From: an uncultured Candidatus Saccharibacteria bacterium
GTDB taxonomy: Bacteria > Patescibacteriota > Dojkabacteria > B142 > OLB20
Direction: 5' to 3'
Assembly: GCA_964461915.1 (NCBI GenBank)
Contig: CAYWVD010000001.1
Location: 26,211-90,210, forward strand
Length of the DNA: 64,000 nt
Position 1 is the first letter of the stretch; each line of letters begins with the position of its first letter. A program made the position numbers and the translations under genes. The notes under the pieces are model-generated. The model had not been told where the DNA came from. It did no database searches and worked only from the letters and a program-made list of their open reading frames with translations. Below are positions 9,143 through 18,887 of this stretch, piece by piece.

Positions 9143-10030
9143 ATGAGTAAAAATAATAAAATATTAGTTTTAGGTAGTTCTGGTATGTTAGGTTCTATGG
9201 TTTATAAATATTTTAAAAGCAAGGGTTTTAATATAATAGGAACAGAAAGAACAGATAAAAAAGTAGCTGATAAAAAGTCCTTTGATGTTATAGAATTCAT
9301 ATATAACCCCAATAAGTTCTTGTATATAAAGGATTTTGATTACATTATTAATTGTATTGGGATAATAAAACCATATTGTAAAGACGATGATATGGATGGT
9401 GTATTAAAAGCCATACAAGTTAATGCGAATTTTCCTCATGTATTATCAAATTTTGTAAAAGATTCGAATGCAAAAATTATTCAAATAGCCACTGATTGTG
9501 TCTATTCAGGTAGCAAGGGACAATATGTTGAATCTTCTTTTCATGATGCGCTTGATGTTTATGGGAAAACTAAAAGTTTAGGAGAAGGTAGATTTGATAA
9601 CTTGTTAAATATTCGATGTTCAATTATTGGGCCAGAGTTAAAAAATAAATTAAGTCTATTAGAGTGGTTTTTGGCTCGTAAAGAAGGTGAGGAGGTAAAT
9701 GGTTTTATAAATCATTATTGGAATGGTATTACTACACTACAGTTTGCTCAATTATGTGAAAAAATTATTTCTCAAAATAGTTTTAAAGAACTAAGGAAAG
9801 AAAGCTATCTTCATCACTTTGCCCCAAACGAAATGGTAAGTAAATATGAATTACTTAAAATTTTTAATGAAGTTTTTAAATCAAATGTGGTTGTTAACAA
9901 AGGAAAGGCTCCTGTAAGTGTTGATAGAACACTTAAAACTGAACTCACTTTAATGAAAAAATATTTCAAAACACAAGTTATGGCAAAGGCTATAGAAGAT
10001 TTACAAAGTTTTATGAAATGTAATTATTAA
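9143..10030 (+). CDS. RmlD-like short SDR reductase (equivalent to the CapF/FnlB N-terminal reductase domain)
   Basis: N-terminal glycine-rich Rossmann motif (LVLGSSGMLGS). 295 aa. Confidence 0.6.
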   Translation: MSKNNKILVLGSSGMLGSMVYKYFKSKGFNIIGTERTDKKVADKKSFDVIEFIYNPNKFLYIKDFDYIINCIGIIKPYCKDDDMDGVLKAIQVNANFPHVLSNFVKDSNAKIIQIATDCVYSGSKGQYVESSFHDALDVYGKTKSLGEGRFDNLLNIRCSIIGPELKNKLSLLEWFLARKEGEEVNGFINHYWNGITTLQFAQLCEKIISQNSFKELRKESYLHHFAPNEMVSKYELLKIFNEVFKSNVVVNKGKAPVSVDRTLKTELTLMKKYFKTQVMAKAIEDLQSFMKCNY

Positions 10031-10043
10031 TATAAAAAATTCA

Positions 10044-11102
10044 ATGGATAAAAAAAAGAATTTAGTTTTAGTTACTGGTGGTGCAGGATATATTGGTACA
10101 CATGTAGTGGAAAAACTTCTTGATAATGGATATAAAGTTAGAATTTTTGATAATTGTATGTTTGGCACAGACCCAATTAAAGACCTTGTAAAAAACAAAA
10201 ATGTAGAATTAATAAAGGCTGATATTGGTGAGCTAGCTAAACTTCTAAAGGCTTTCGAGGGGGTTGAATATGTAGTTCACCTTGCTGGTTTAGTTGGAGA
10301 TCCTGCTTGTTCTGTAAATAAAGAATTAACTTTAAAAAATAATATTATTGCTACTAATGTAGTCAAAGAGCTTGCAAAACATAATAAAGTAAAGAAGTTC
10401 ATATTTGCTTCTTCTTGTTCGGTTTATGGATCTTCTGAAGAAAAAGTTAACGAGAAAAGTAAGTTAAATCCTGTTTCGCTCTATGCACAAACCAAAATTG
10501 ATTCTGAAAAAGCCATATTAGCTGATAAATCAAAAGATTTACACCCTGTCATTTTAAGATTCTCTACTGTCTTTGGACATTCAAGAAGACCGAGGTTTGA
10601 TTTAGTTGTAAATCTTTTCACGGCACAAGCTTATAATGATGGTGTAATTACTGTAAAAGGGAGTAATCAATGGAGACCATTCGTTTATGTCGGGGATTTA
10701 GCTAGAGCAATTTTGAAAGTTATCAAAGCTCCCATTGGCAAGGTAGATAGACAGGTTTTTAATGTAGGAGATGATAAACTTAACTACACCATTGGTAATC
10801 TTGCTAATGTAGTTAAAGATATAGTGATTTTTGATAAAAATAAAATAAAAGTGAAATTAAATATCGATGATAATATTAATGATAAAAGGAATTATTTTGT
10901 ATCATTTAGCAAAATTAAAACGGTATTAAACTTTTCTACTAAAACTTCCTTAGAAGATGGGATTAAAGAAATGGTCAATGCATTTAAAAAGGGAATTTAT
11001 AAAGGCTCTTATAAAGATAAGAAATACAGTAATGTTGAAATGACAAAGCTGTTAAGTGAAAGTGCTTCGAGTGTTGAGAATGTTTATGATCATTTATTGT
11101 AA
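10044..11102 (+). CDS. NAD-dependent epimerase/dehydratase (GalE/WbpP-like extended SDR)
   Basis: VTGGAGYIGTH motif and SxxxxxY..K catalytic region. 352 aa. Confidence 0.75.
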   Translation: MDKKKNLVLVTGGAGYIGTHVVEKLLDNGYKVRIFDNCMFGTDPIKDLVKNKNVELIKADIGELAKLLKAFEGVEYVVHLAGLVGDPACSVNKELTLKNNIIATNVVKELAKHNKVKKFIFASSCSVYGSSEEKVNEKSKLNPVSLYAQTKIDSEKAILADKSKDLHPVILRFSTVFGHSRRPRFDLVVNLFTAQAYNDGVITVKGSNQWRPFVYVGDLARAILKVIKAPIGKVDRQVFNVGDDKLNYTIGNLANVVKDIVIFDKNKIKVKLNIDDNINDKRNYFVSFSKIKTVLNFSTKTSLEDGIKEMVNAFKKGIYKGSYKDKKYSNVEMTKLLSESASSVENVYDHLL

Positions 11103-11181
11103 GTGATTTTTGTCATAAGAATCGGGGATTGCTAAAAAAATAATATGTTAAACACAAATTTTCTGCATAATAAATCTTTAA

Positions 11182-12732
11182 ATGGTGGAATTTAAATTCA
11201 AGAATCTACAAATTGGTGACATTGATATTATTGGAAACAAATTCAATGGACACAATCTACATATTAAACTTAGAGAAAGAGGTATTGATTCAAGCCATTT
11301 GGTTTTATATAAAGAATCTAATGATGAAAATACTTTTTTAATAGGGCAAGATAAGCAAAATCGATATCAATTATCTGAATATTCTAGGACACTAAACAAG
11401 AATTATTATACCCAAAATCTTTTTGGAAATAATGCCTTTGATATTTTATATAGTCATTTATTTTTGGAATCTGACGTTGTGCATTTACACTTACTGCATA
11501 ACATGGAGTTTAATTTACAATTACTCCCAATCTTAAGTCGACTTAAACCAATAGTATGGACTATTCATGACCCCTGGGTAATTAGCGGTCATTGTATACA
11601 CCATTTCAATTGCGATAAATGGAAAAAGGGTTGTGGTGATTGTCCACTCCTTGAAACGTATATACCAATGGCCAAGGACAATACCGCTTTAAATCACGAA
11701 ATTAAAAGATTGGCTATTCAAGATTCTGATATTGATTTTGTGGTTGGTTCAAATTGGATATTTAATAAATTAAAACAATCCGAAATATTTAAGGATAAAA
11801 ATATCCACAAAATCCCCTTTGGAGTTGATAGAAATGTGTTTAAACCTAAAGATAAAAAGTTGATTAGGGATAGTTTGAGTATTCCCAACGATGCCCTTGT
11901 TTTAATTGCAAGATGTCAAAGATCAGAGTTCAAGGGGTTTGATTATGTTGAATATGTAATGGAGAATTTAATAACAGATAAGGAAAAAATTTTGCTAGTA
12001 GTTGATGCAGCTCATGAAAGTTCTTCCTCAAATTATCGATCGATTAATTATGGTTGGGTAGTTGAAGATGAAAAACTTTCGGATCTTTATAATGCATCAG
12101 ATATTTTATTAATGCCCTCTATAGTTGATACCTTTGGGATGATGGCAATTGAAGCCATGAGTTGTGGAGTATTACCTTTAGTATTGGAAGGGACGGCGTT
12201 ACCGGAGGTGATAAACTCTCCAGAATGTGGTGTTGCTAGTAAAAAAGACAAGGTTGAATATCTAAATTTAGTCCAGCATTTTGTTGAAAATCCAAAGGAA
12301 ATTGAAGAAAGAGGTCAAAAATGTTTAAATTATTCAAAATCGAATTATGATTATAATCTATATCTAGACAGAATTATCAATGTATATGAAAATTCTATTA
12401 AACGCCACAAACTTGATAAAAATTCAAAGCATTTATTAAGTCAGTTAAAAAAACATATGAAATCCAAATATGGGATTGAAAACGAAATAAAAAAGGGGAA
12501 TATAAATAGTATACCAAATAAAGGAAATAATAGATTTAAGGATTTAATAAAGAAGTGCCTTAAAAAATTCTTATTCATTTTCCCTTCTTTTAGGAGACTT
12601 GATAGGGTTGAAAAAGAGACTGCCGTAGTTAGTAATAAAATAGACAATCTAAACAAAAAAATTGACAATTTGATAATTAATGAAAAAAATGAGTATTTGG
12701 AGATGAGAAATAATTTTAAGAAAAATGATTAG
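11182..12732 (+). CDS. GT4-family glycosyltransferase with a C-terminal coiled-coil extension
   Basis: GT-B C-domain motif (EAMSCGVLPLV). The last roughly 100 aa are K/E/N-rich heptad-like (NKIDNLNKKIDNLIINEKNEY). Confidence 0.75.
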   Translation: MVEFKFKNLQIGDIDIIGNKFNGHNLHIKLRERGIDSSHLVLYKESNDENTFLIGQDKQNRYQLSEYSRTLNKNYYTQNLFGNNAFDILYSHLFLESDVVHLHLLHNMEFNLQLLPILSRLKPIVWTIHDPWVISGHCIHHFNCDKWKKGCGDCPLLETYIPMAKDNTALNHEIKRLAIQDSDIDFVVGSNWIFNKLKQSEIFKDKNIHKIPFGVDRNVFKPKDKKLIRDSLSIPNDALVLIARCQRSEFKGFDYVEYVMENLITDKEKILLVVDAAHESSSSNYRSINYGWVVEDEKLSDLYNASDILLMPSIVDTFGMMAIEAMSCGVLPLVLEGTALPEVINSPECGVASKKDKVEYLNLVQHFVENPKEIEERGQKCLNYSKSNYDYNLYLDRIINVYENSIKRHKLDKNSKHLLSQLKKHMKSKYGIENEIKKGNINSIPNKGNNRFKDLIKKCLKKFLFIFPSFRRLDRVEKETAVVSNKIDNLNKKIDNLIINEKNEYLEMRNNFKKND

Positions 12733-12735
12733 CAC

Positions 12736-14637
12736 ATGCAAAAAAATATTAAAAAAAACGCTTTAGTTAGTATTGTGATCCCTGTTTATAATGGGGAGGA
12801 TTATATTAAAGAAGCTATTATAAGTGCCCTTAATCAAACATATAAAAATATTGAAATACTAGTTGTTAACGACGGATCAACAGACAAAACTGAAAGTATT
12901 ATTAAAAGTTTTGGAAATAGAGTAAGGTATTTTAGAAAAGAAAATGGTGGTGTAGCAACGGCATTAAATTTTGCTATCGATAAAGCAAATGGTGAATATA
13001 TTTCATGGCTATCTCATGATGATTTATATTATCCTAATAAAATTGAGAGACAAATTGCTGAGCTACAACAATTATCATATTTAGAAAGTATTAATACTAT
13101 AGTTTTTTCTAATTTTGATATTCTTGATCAAGATGAAAATAAGAAAAGTCTAGTTAAGCCAATTGAGCATTTTTCTAATGAAAACCCTCAATATTTAAAT
13201 GTGATGTTAAAAACCTTTTTCAATTCTTGGCTTAATGGGTGTACATTGCTTTTCCCTAAAATTATATTTAAAAAATTTGGAGATTTTGACATCAATCTTA
13301 GAACAGTACAGGATTACCATCTATTTATTAAATTTTTTAAAAAAGGGGTTAGGTTTCATTATTTAAAAGATACATTGGTTACATCAAGACATCATGGTGG
13401 TCAGGATACAAGGAAATTAATCGATAAGCATATTGTTGAGTTAAATTATTTGTATAAATATGCTTTCGATGAATTTAAGAAATATTTCCAATCTCTTCCA
13501 TTTTGGGAATTTGATTGTTTTTTAAACATTATAAAAACTCGTCGGCTAGATCATGTATATGCACATATGCTTAGCGAATGGGCAAATGTTGGAGTGGAAT
13601 CGGACAAAGAAACTATCTGGCTGTATTGGGAAAATAAGCCAAAACAATCAACCCCTGATTATATAAGATTATGCTGGAAAACTCTTGTAAAAAATAATCG
13701 TGGAGATTTTAACATTAAAATACTTACGGATAATAATATTGCCGAATACTTGCCCGAAATAAACCATATTGATTTGCTTAAAGAAATTGCGCATAAGGCG
13801 GATTATATTAGATTCGCATTATTAAATAAATATGGAGGGATATGGTTAGATAGTGATTTTATTTGTTTTAGGAGTTTAATAGAAATAAAATCAATTATAA
13901 AAAATAACAATTTCATTACTTCTGGCTATAAACATAATACCAATAAATTTTTCCCACTTATCGGCTTCTTATCTTGTAATAAAGATAATTCAATTTGTAA
14001 AAAAGTTTTAACCCAAATGGACTTATTCATCAAAAAGATTGATATAAATGATGAACAACCGGAGTGGGATGAATTTGGTGGATGGAATCTTTCAAAGGTA
14101 TTAGAAGAGAAGAGTACAAACACTCATAACTTTGATATTAAATATTTTGATCCATTTGGTGTTTATAAAGATGACAATAATAGTTATTTTAGTACACGAT
14201 GTATTAATATATTAGAAGTATTAGATAATCAATTTAGATTTGCATTTGGTCAATATTTAGCAAATAGTGTATTAAATGCGGATATTAAAGGGCGTTCAGA
14301 GCATGAAATTTTAACGAGGGGAGATAATTTAGGGGAACTCTTTAGATTAGGACTTGGGTTTATATATTATCCAAATATAAGTAATATTCAAACCCATGAA
14401 AAAAGCATTATAGGAAAAGAAAGTGGCATCCGGGTTAATTTAAAACGAGTTATTATCAGGATCTTAAATATTTTACCCCACTATAGGAAATTAAAACAAA
14501 TTGAAATTGAATCACAAGATAATCAGCACAAATTAAATATCTTAGACAATAAGCTAGTTGAATACATAGAAAATAAAAGGAAAGTGTATGAATCTATAAA
14601 TTCCTTTATGAAAGAAGAGAATCCCAAGCAGAAATAG
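12736..14637 (+). CDS. Bifunctional glycosyltransferase: N-terminal GT2 domain plus C-terminal GT32-like 'sugar-binding DXD' (Gly_transf_sug/Caps_synth) domain
   Basis: N-terminus SIVIPVYNGE..VLVVNDGSTD. C-terminal half ADYIRFALLNKYGGIWLDSDFICF (DXD). 633 aa. Confidence 0.7.
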   Translation: MQKNIKKNALVSIVIPVYNGEDYIKEAIISALNQTYKNIEILVVNDGSTDKTESIIKSFGNRVRYFRKENGGVATALNFAIDKANGEYISWLSHDDLYYPNKIERQIAELQQLSYLESINTIVFSNFDILDQDENKKSLVKPIEHFSNENPQYLNVMLKTFFNSWLNGCTLLFPKIIFKKFGDFDINLRTVQDYHLFIKFFKKGVRFHYLKDTLVTSRHHGGQDTRKLIDKHIVELNYLYKYAFDEFKKYFQSLPFWEFDCFLNIIKTRRLDHVYAHMLSEWANVGVESDKETIWLYWENKPKQSTPDYIRLCWKTLVKNNRGDFNIKILTDNNIAEYLPEINHIDLLKEIAHKADYIRFALLNKYGGIWLDSDFICFRSLIEIKSIIKNNNFITSGYKHNTNKFFPLIGFLSCNKDNSICKKVLTQMDLFIKKIDINDEQPEWDEFGGWNLSKVLEEKSTNTHNFDIKYFDPFGVYKDDNNSYFSTRCINILEVLDNQFRFAFGQYLANSVLNADIKGRSEHEILTRGDNLGELFRLGLGFIYYPNISNIQTHEKSIIGKESGIRVNLKRVIIRILNILPHYRKLKQIEIESQDNQHKLNILDNKLVEYIENKRKVYESINSFMKEENPKQK

Positions 14638-14672
14638 AGAATTAATAATTTAATTTTATTCATAAATTAATA

Positions 14673-15794
14673 ATGAAAGTCTTAACAATCCTAGGCACTA
14701 GACCAGATATAATAAAATTGGCTATGACCATTAAAGAATTAGAAAAACACGTAGAACATGTTTTAGTTCATACTGGTCAAAACTATGATTATGAATTAAA
14801 TGAAGTTTTTTTTAAGGATTTAGAGCTCAGGAAGCCAGATCATTTCCTTGGTGTCGCGGGTGATAATTTCGCACAAACAATTGCCAATGTTATTGAAAAA
14901 TCCGATCAAATACTTGAGATAGAAAAACCTGATGCTATTTTAGTCTATGGTGATACAAATAGTTCACTGTGTGTGATACCTGCCAAAAGAAGGCATATCC
15001 CAATTTTCCACATGGAGGCAGGTAATAGGTGTTTTGACCTTAGGGTACCAGAAGAAATTAACAGGAAAATCGTTGATCATACAAGTGATATAAACATGGT
15101 CCTTACCGAACACGCGAGAAGATATTTAATTGCAGAAGGTATTAGACCCGAAACAATTATCAAAACCGGTTCATCTATGATGGAATTGTTTGAAAAATAT
15201 AAAGATCAAATTGAAAATTCAAAGATTCTAAATGACATAAACTTAGAATCAAAGAAATATTTTGTTGTTAGTGCACATAGAGAAGAAAATATAGATTACC
15301 CGGAGAATTTTTCAAAATTAATTAACTCGATTAATAAAATAGCTGAGAAATACCAACTCCCTATTATCTTTTCTACGCATCCACGGACAAGAAAGAAAAT
15401 TGAAGAGACTAAAGACTTACAGCTAAATAAACTAGTGCAATTTCACAAACCTTTTGGGTTTTTCGATTACATTAAACTTCAAAAGGAATCTTTATGTGTA
15501 ATAAGTGATAGCGGAACAATTTCTGAAGAATCATCTATTCTATCTTTTCCTGCGATCACTATACGGAATGCTCATGAAAGACCTGAGGGGATGGATGAGG
15601 GGACTTTAATTATGTCTGGACTTGACGAACAAAGTGTACTAGATGCTATAAATGTTACGATTAATCAATATAAAGAAGAAACAACGCCTTTTAATATTAT
15701 AGCGGATTATAATGTTAAAAATGTTTCTAAAAAAGTCGTTAAGATTATTATGAGTTATACAGGGTATGTTAATAGAGTAACATGGCGAAAGTAA
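14673..15794 (+). CDS. UDP-N-acetylglucosamine 2-epimerase, non-hydrolysing (CapG/FnlC/WecB family)
   Basis: ILGTRPDIIKLA...HTGQNYDYELNEVFFKDLELRKPD, near-canonical for the CapG/FnlC subgroup. 373 aa. Confidence 0.9.
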   Translation: MKVLTILGTRPDIIKLAMTIKELEKHVEHVLVHTGQNYDYELNEVFFKDLELRKPDHFLGVAGDNFAQTIANVIEKSDQILEIEKPDAILVYGDTNSSLCVIPAKRRHIPIFHMEAGNRCFDLRVPEEINRKIVDHTSDINMVLTEHARRYLIAEGIRPETIIKTGSSMMELFEKYKDQIENSKILNDINLESKKYFVVSAHREENIDYPENFSKLINSINKIAEKYQLPIIFSTHPRTRKKIEETKDLQLNKLVQFHKPFGFFDYIKLQKESLCVISDSGTISEESSILSFPAITIRNAHERPEGMDEGTLIMSGLDEQSVLDAINVTINQYKEETTPFNIIADYNVKNVSKKVVKIIMSYTGYVNRVTWRK

Positions 15795-16912
15795 TTGAAG
15801 GAGTAAAAAGCAGAGATAAAAAAATTGATCTGTTACTTGCCCTAGGAATAATAATGGTAGTAATGGGTCATAAATATCAGCCGACATATTTTTATTTCCC
15901 TGCATACACTTTCCATATTCCTTTATTCTTTTTTATATCCGGATATTTAGCAAAAGTTAATTTAAATATTAAAGATAAGATCGCTTTTTTTATAAAAAAA
16001 GCTAAAATCTTATTATTGCCTTACTTCGTATTGAATATGTTTTTTGCAATCATTACATATCTTTTATCAACCAAAAGTATTAATTTAGGTGTTGTTTTAA
16101 AGTTTGACAGCATAAATGCCATTATTGAATCGTTAAAAACCTTTTTTATTCAACCCTTTATTTCTGGTAATCAATTTTCCCTTTTTATCCCTGCTTGGTT
16201 TGTTTTACAACTATTTATTGTACATATTGTTTTTCAATTATTGCACCTCAAAAATAAATATTGGTTATTATTTGTTTATATAGCCTGTACTATATCTACA
16301 GTCTTTTTATTAGAGAGGGGGTTAAATTCTTATACTGATTATCACCTATTAATAATAAGAACTGGTTATAGTTTATTTTTCTTTTTGAGTGGGTATATTT
16401 TAAAGAGGTTCGGTAAAGTATTAGAAAAAATTGTTTATTCTGAAGTTTTTTTAATTATCGCATTTATTCTTGTAATACAATTAATTAATACAGGTGGAGT
16501 TACTCAATATGCAATAGTTTTTGGAAATATTTTAAATGAAAAAGTAATAATCCCGCTATTGAATTCACTGTTAATTATATTAATTTCTTTTAATCTTGCA
16601 AACGTATTGGCAAAAGTTATAAGTGATAAATCAATATTCCTTAAAATTGGCCAACACACCTTTAGTATAATGGTTTGGCACTTAAGTGTTTTTTTTATAA
16701 TTAACCTTGTTATATATAAATTGGGCTTAATAGATGGGGCAAGTTTAGATAATGTGTATTTTGGATACAATATATCGCAAATATGGCCTATTTATATTTT
16801 TTTAGGGATATTTATACCTATAAAATTATCTTCAATTTATAATATTTTTATTAATAAATTTAAGTATAGTTTAAAAGGGAATAAGTTCATTAAAAATTTA
16901 TTAAAACAATAA
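15782..16912 (+). CDS. Acyltransferase family 3 membrane protein (putative glycan O-acetyltransferase)
   Basis: 376-aa, roughly 10-TM protein with an N-terminal ...MGHK...FFFISGY pattern typical of Acyl_transf_3. Confidence 0.65.
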   Translation: MAKVIEGVKSRDKKIDLLLALGIIMVVMGHKYQPTYFYFPAYTFHIPLFFFISGYLAKVNLNIKDKIAFFIKKAKILLLPYFVLNMFFAIITYLLSTKSINLGVVLKFDSINAIIESLKTFFIQPFISGNQFSLFIPAWFVLQLFIVHIVFQLLHLKNKYWLLFVYIACTISTVFLLERGLNSYTDYHLLIIRTGYSLFFFLSGYILKRFGKVLEKIVYSEVFLIIAFILVIQLINTGGVTQYAIVFGNILNEKVIIPLLNSLLIILISFNLANVLAKVISDKSIFLKIGQHTFSIMVWHLSVFFIINLVIYKLGLIDGASLDNVYFGYNISQIWPIYIFLGIFIPIKLSSIYNIFINKFKYSLKGNKFIKNLLKQ

Positions 16913-16956
16913 TACATGTTTAAATTATTTTGACAGTTATTTCTTTGAATTAAAAA

Positions 16957-18081
16957 ATGTCCAATAATCCTAAAATCTCAGTAATTATGCCTGTATATAA
17001 TGACGAAAATTATGTCTCGTTGGCAATCAATTCTATTTTAGAGCAAAGTTTTCAGGATTATGAGTTAATAATCATAGATGATGGTTCAACGGATAATTCC
17101 TTAAAAGTTATTAAATCATACAAAGATCCGAGAATTAGGGTTATCAAAAACAAGATTAATCAAAAACTCCCGACGACCTTAAATACTGGTATAGAAGTGG
17201 CTAAGGGTGAGTATATCGCACGGATGGATGCAAATGATATTAGCTATAAAAATAGATTTGCATTGCAGATAGAATTCATGGAAAAACACACAGACATTGG
17301 TGTGTGTGGGACAAATTTTAGAACTGTTGAGGAATCAGGGAATGTACTTTGGGATAAATTTTGGAAGAAATCGGACCACCCTTTAGAATGGGATTTGTTA
17401 TGGGAAAATCCAATAGGTCACACAACTGTGATGTTAAGGAAGAGTATTATTGATAAATATAATTTTAGATATAGAAAAATATATGCCGAAGATGGTGACC
17501 TTTGGTGTAGAATGGCGACTCGAACTAGGCTGGGTAGAATCAATAAAGTTTTAATGGATGTTTTGATACAAAAAGATTCCGAATCAGTAAATAACAGAAA
17601 GCTCCATATGGCACAGGCTATCAAATCTAGTTTTACTTATGCTAAATGGTTAACCGAAAAACCCGTTCCTGATTTTTATAACAATTTCTTAATTTATTCT
17701 AAAGTGATTGGTAAAAATAATATCCCCATACCTAATAATAATACCGTCCAAGAATGGTTTTGGGATTTAGAACACTCAATTATTAGTAAATTCAATCTAT
17801 CTGATAAAGATAAAATCTTTATTAAAAAAGATATTCTTAAAAGAAATGTTGAATATTTTGAAGATCAAATTTTAAAGATAAAAGAACAAATTAATTTAAA
17901 AGATCAGAAAATAAATTCAGAAAACGACTATTATATTGCACTAAACAATGAAATCCAAAATAATTATAACTTGCTTAAAAGTAATTATGATAACCTAAAA
18001 AGTGGCTATGATGCATTATTAGATTCAAGATCATATAAAATAGCTAAAAAAATGAGAGATTTATATAGGATTTTTAAATAA
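16957..18081 (+). CDS. Family 2 glycosyltransferase with a C-terminal coiled-coil tail
   Basis: VIMPVYNDE..IIIDDGSTD..DAND GT-A motifs. C-terminal roughly 90 aa K/N/E-rich, predicted coiled coil. Confidence 0.8.
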   Translation: MSNNPKISVIMPVYNDENYVSLAINSILEQSFQDYELIIIDDGSTDNSLKVIKSYKDPRIRVIKNKINQKLPTTLNTGIEVAKGEYIARMDANDISYKNRFALQIEFMEKHTDIGVCGTNFRTVEESGNVLWDKFWKKSDHPLEWDLLWENPIGHTTVMLRKSIIDKYNFRYRKIYAEDGDLWCRMATRTRLGRINKVLMDVLIQKDSESVNNRKLHMAQAIKSSFTYAKWLTEKPVPDFYNNFLIYSKVIGKNNIPIPNNNTVQEWFWDLEHSIISKFNLSDKDKIFIKKDILKRNVEYFEDQILKIKEQINLKDQKINSENDYYIALNNEIQNNYNLLKSNYDNLKSGYDALLDSRSYKIAKKMRDLYRIFK

Positions 18082-18086
18082 AACTA

Positions 18087-18887
18087 ATGAGTATATTTAA
18101 AAAGATTTTAAATTTAATTGGTAATAAGAATAATTCTGGAAAAGATTATACCCTAGCTGTTTTTATTGTTAACTATAATATGTCTGAAAGGACAGATGCA
18201 TTAGTCGAACATCTAAAAGAATACGAGACTTGGCCTATGGATGTTTATGTGATTGATAACGGTTCTGATATTCAAAAACCTTCAAAATATACTAATGTCT
18301 TTATTAAAAAAAACATTCAAACATGCAACGGTTGGCTTAAAGGTTTGTCTGTTGCTAAAAAGTCTAAGAAGAAATATTTTGCATATATGTTTTTAATTAC
18401 ATCTGCCGAATTTGAGAATAAAGCAGAACAATTAACACTGATGATGAAGTATTTAATTGAAAATAAGAATGCTGTAGGGATCCACCCCTCTCTTTCAAAA
18501 TCTAGTACTACATATTGGAAGCACTTAATTAATAGGGGGAAAGCACATCCAAGAAAGACTTGGATGATTGATAATATTGCTTCAATTTTTAAAGCAAATT
18601 GGTTTGATAGTATCGGTGGGTTTGACAAACGAATGATTTATGCATGGGGGATAGATTTAGAGGTATCTTATATTTCCCGTAAACAAGGTAAAGATATTTA
18701 TGTTGATGACAGGGTTGAGGTTACAAAAATAACAAATATTGGATATAAAATGAACAGGATGAATATGTTAGCTGAGGACAGAGTAAAATTAGCTTCAGAT
18801 AATATGGAAGAAATCTTAACTATGAAGTATGGAAAAGATTATATGAAAATTATGCTTAACGATTATGTAACAGATGAAATGAAATAG
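18087..18887 (+). CDS. Hypothetical protein, possibly a divergent GT2-like (WbbL-type) glycosyltransferase
   Basis: The VFIVNYN...VIDNGSD arrangement resembles GT2 'xVTYN' rhamnosyltransferase-like proteins. Weak evidence. Confidence 0.35.
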   Translation: MSIFKKILNLIGNKNNSGKDYTLAVFIVNYNMSERTDALVEHLKEYETWPMDVYVIDNGSDIQKPSKYTNVFIKKNIQTCNGWLKGLSVAKKSKKKYFAYMFLITSAEFENKAEQLTLMMKYLIENKNAVGIHPSLSKSSTTYWKHLINRGKAHPRKTWMIDNIASIFKANWFDSIGGFDKRMIYAWGIDLEVSYISRKQGKDIYVDDRVEVTKITNIGYKMNRMNMLAEDRVKLASDNMEEILTMKYGKDYMKIMLNDYVTDEMK

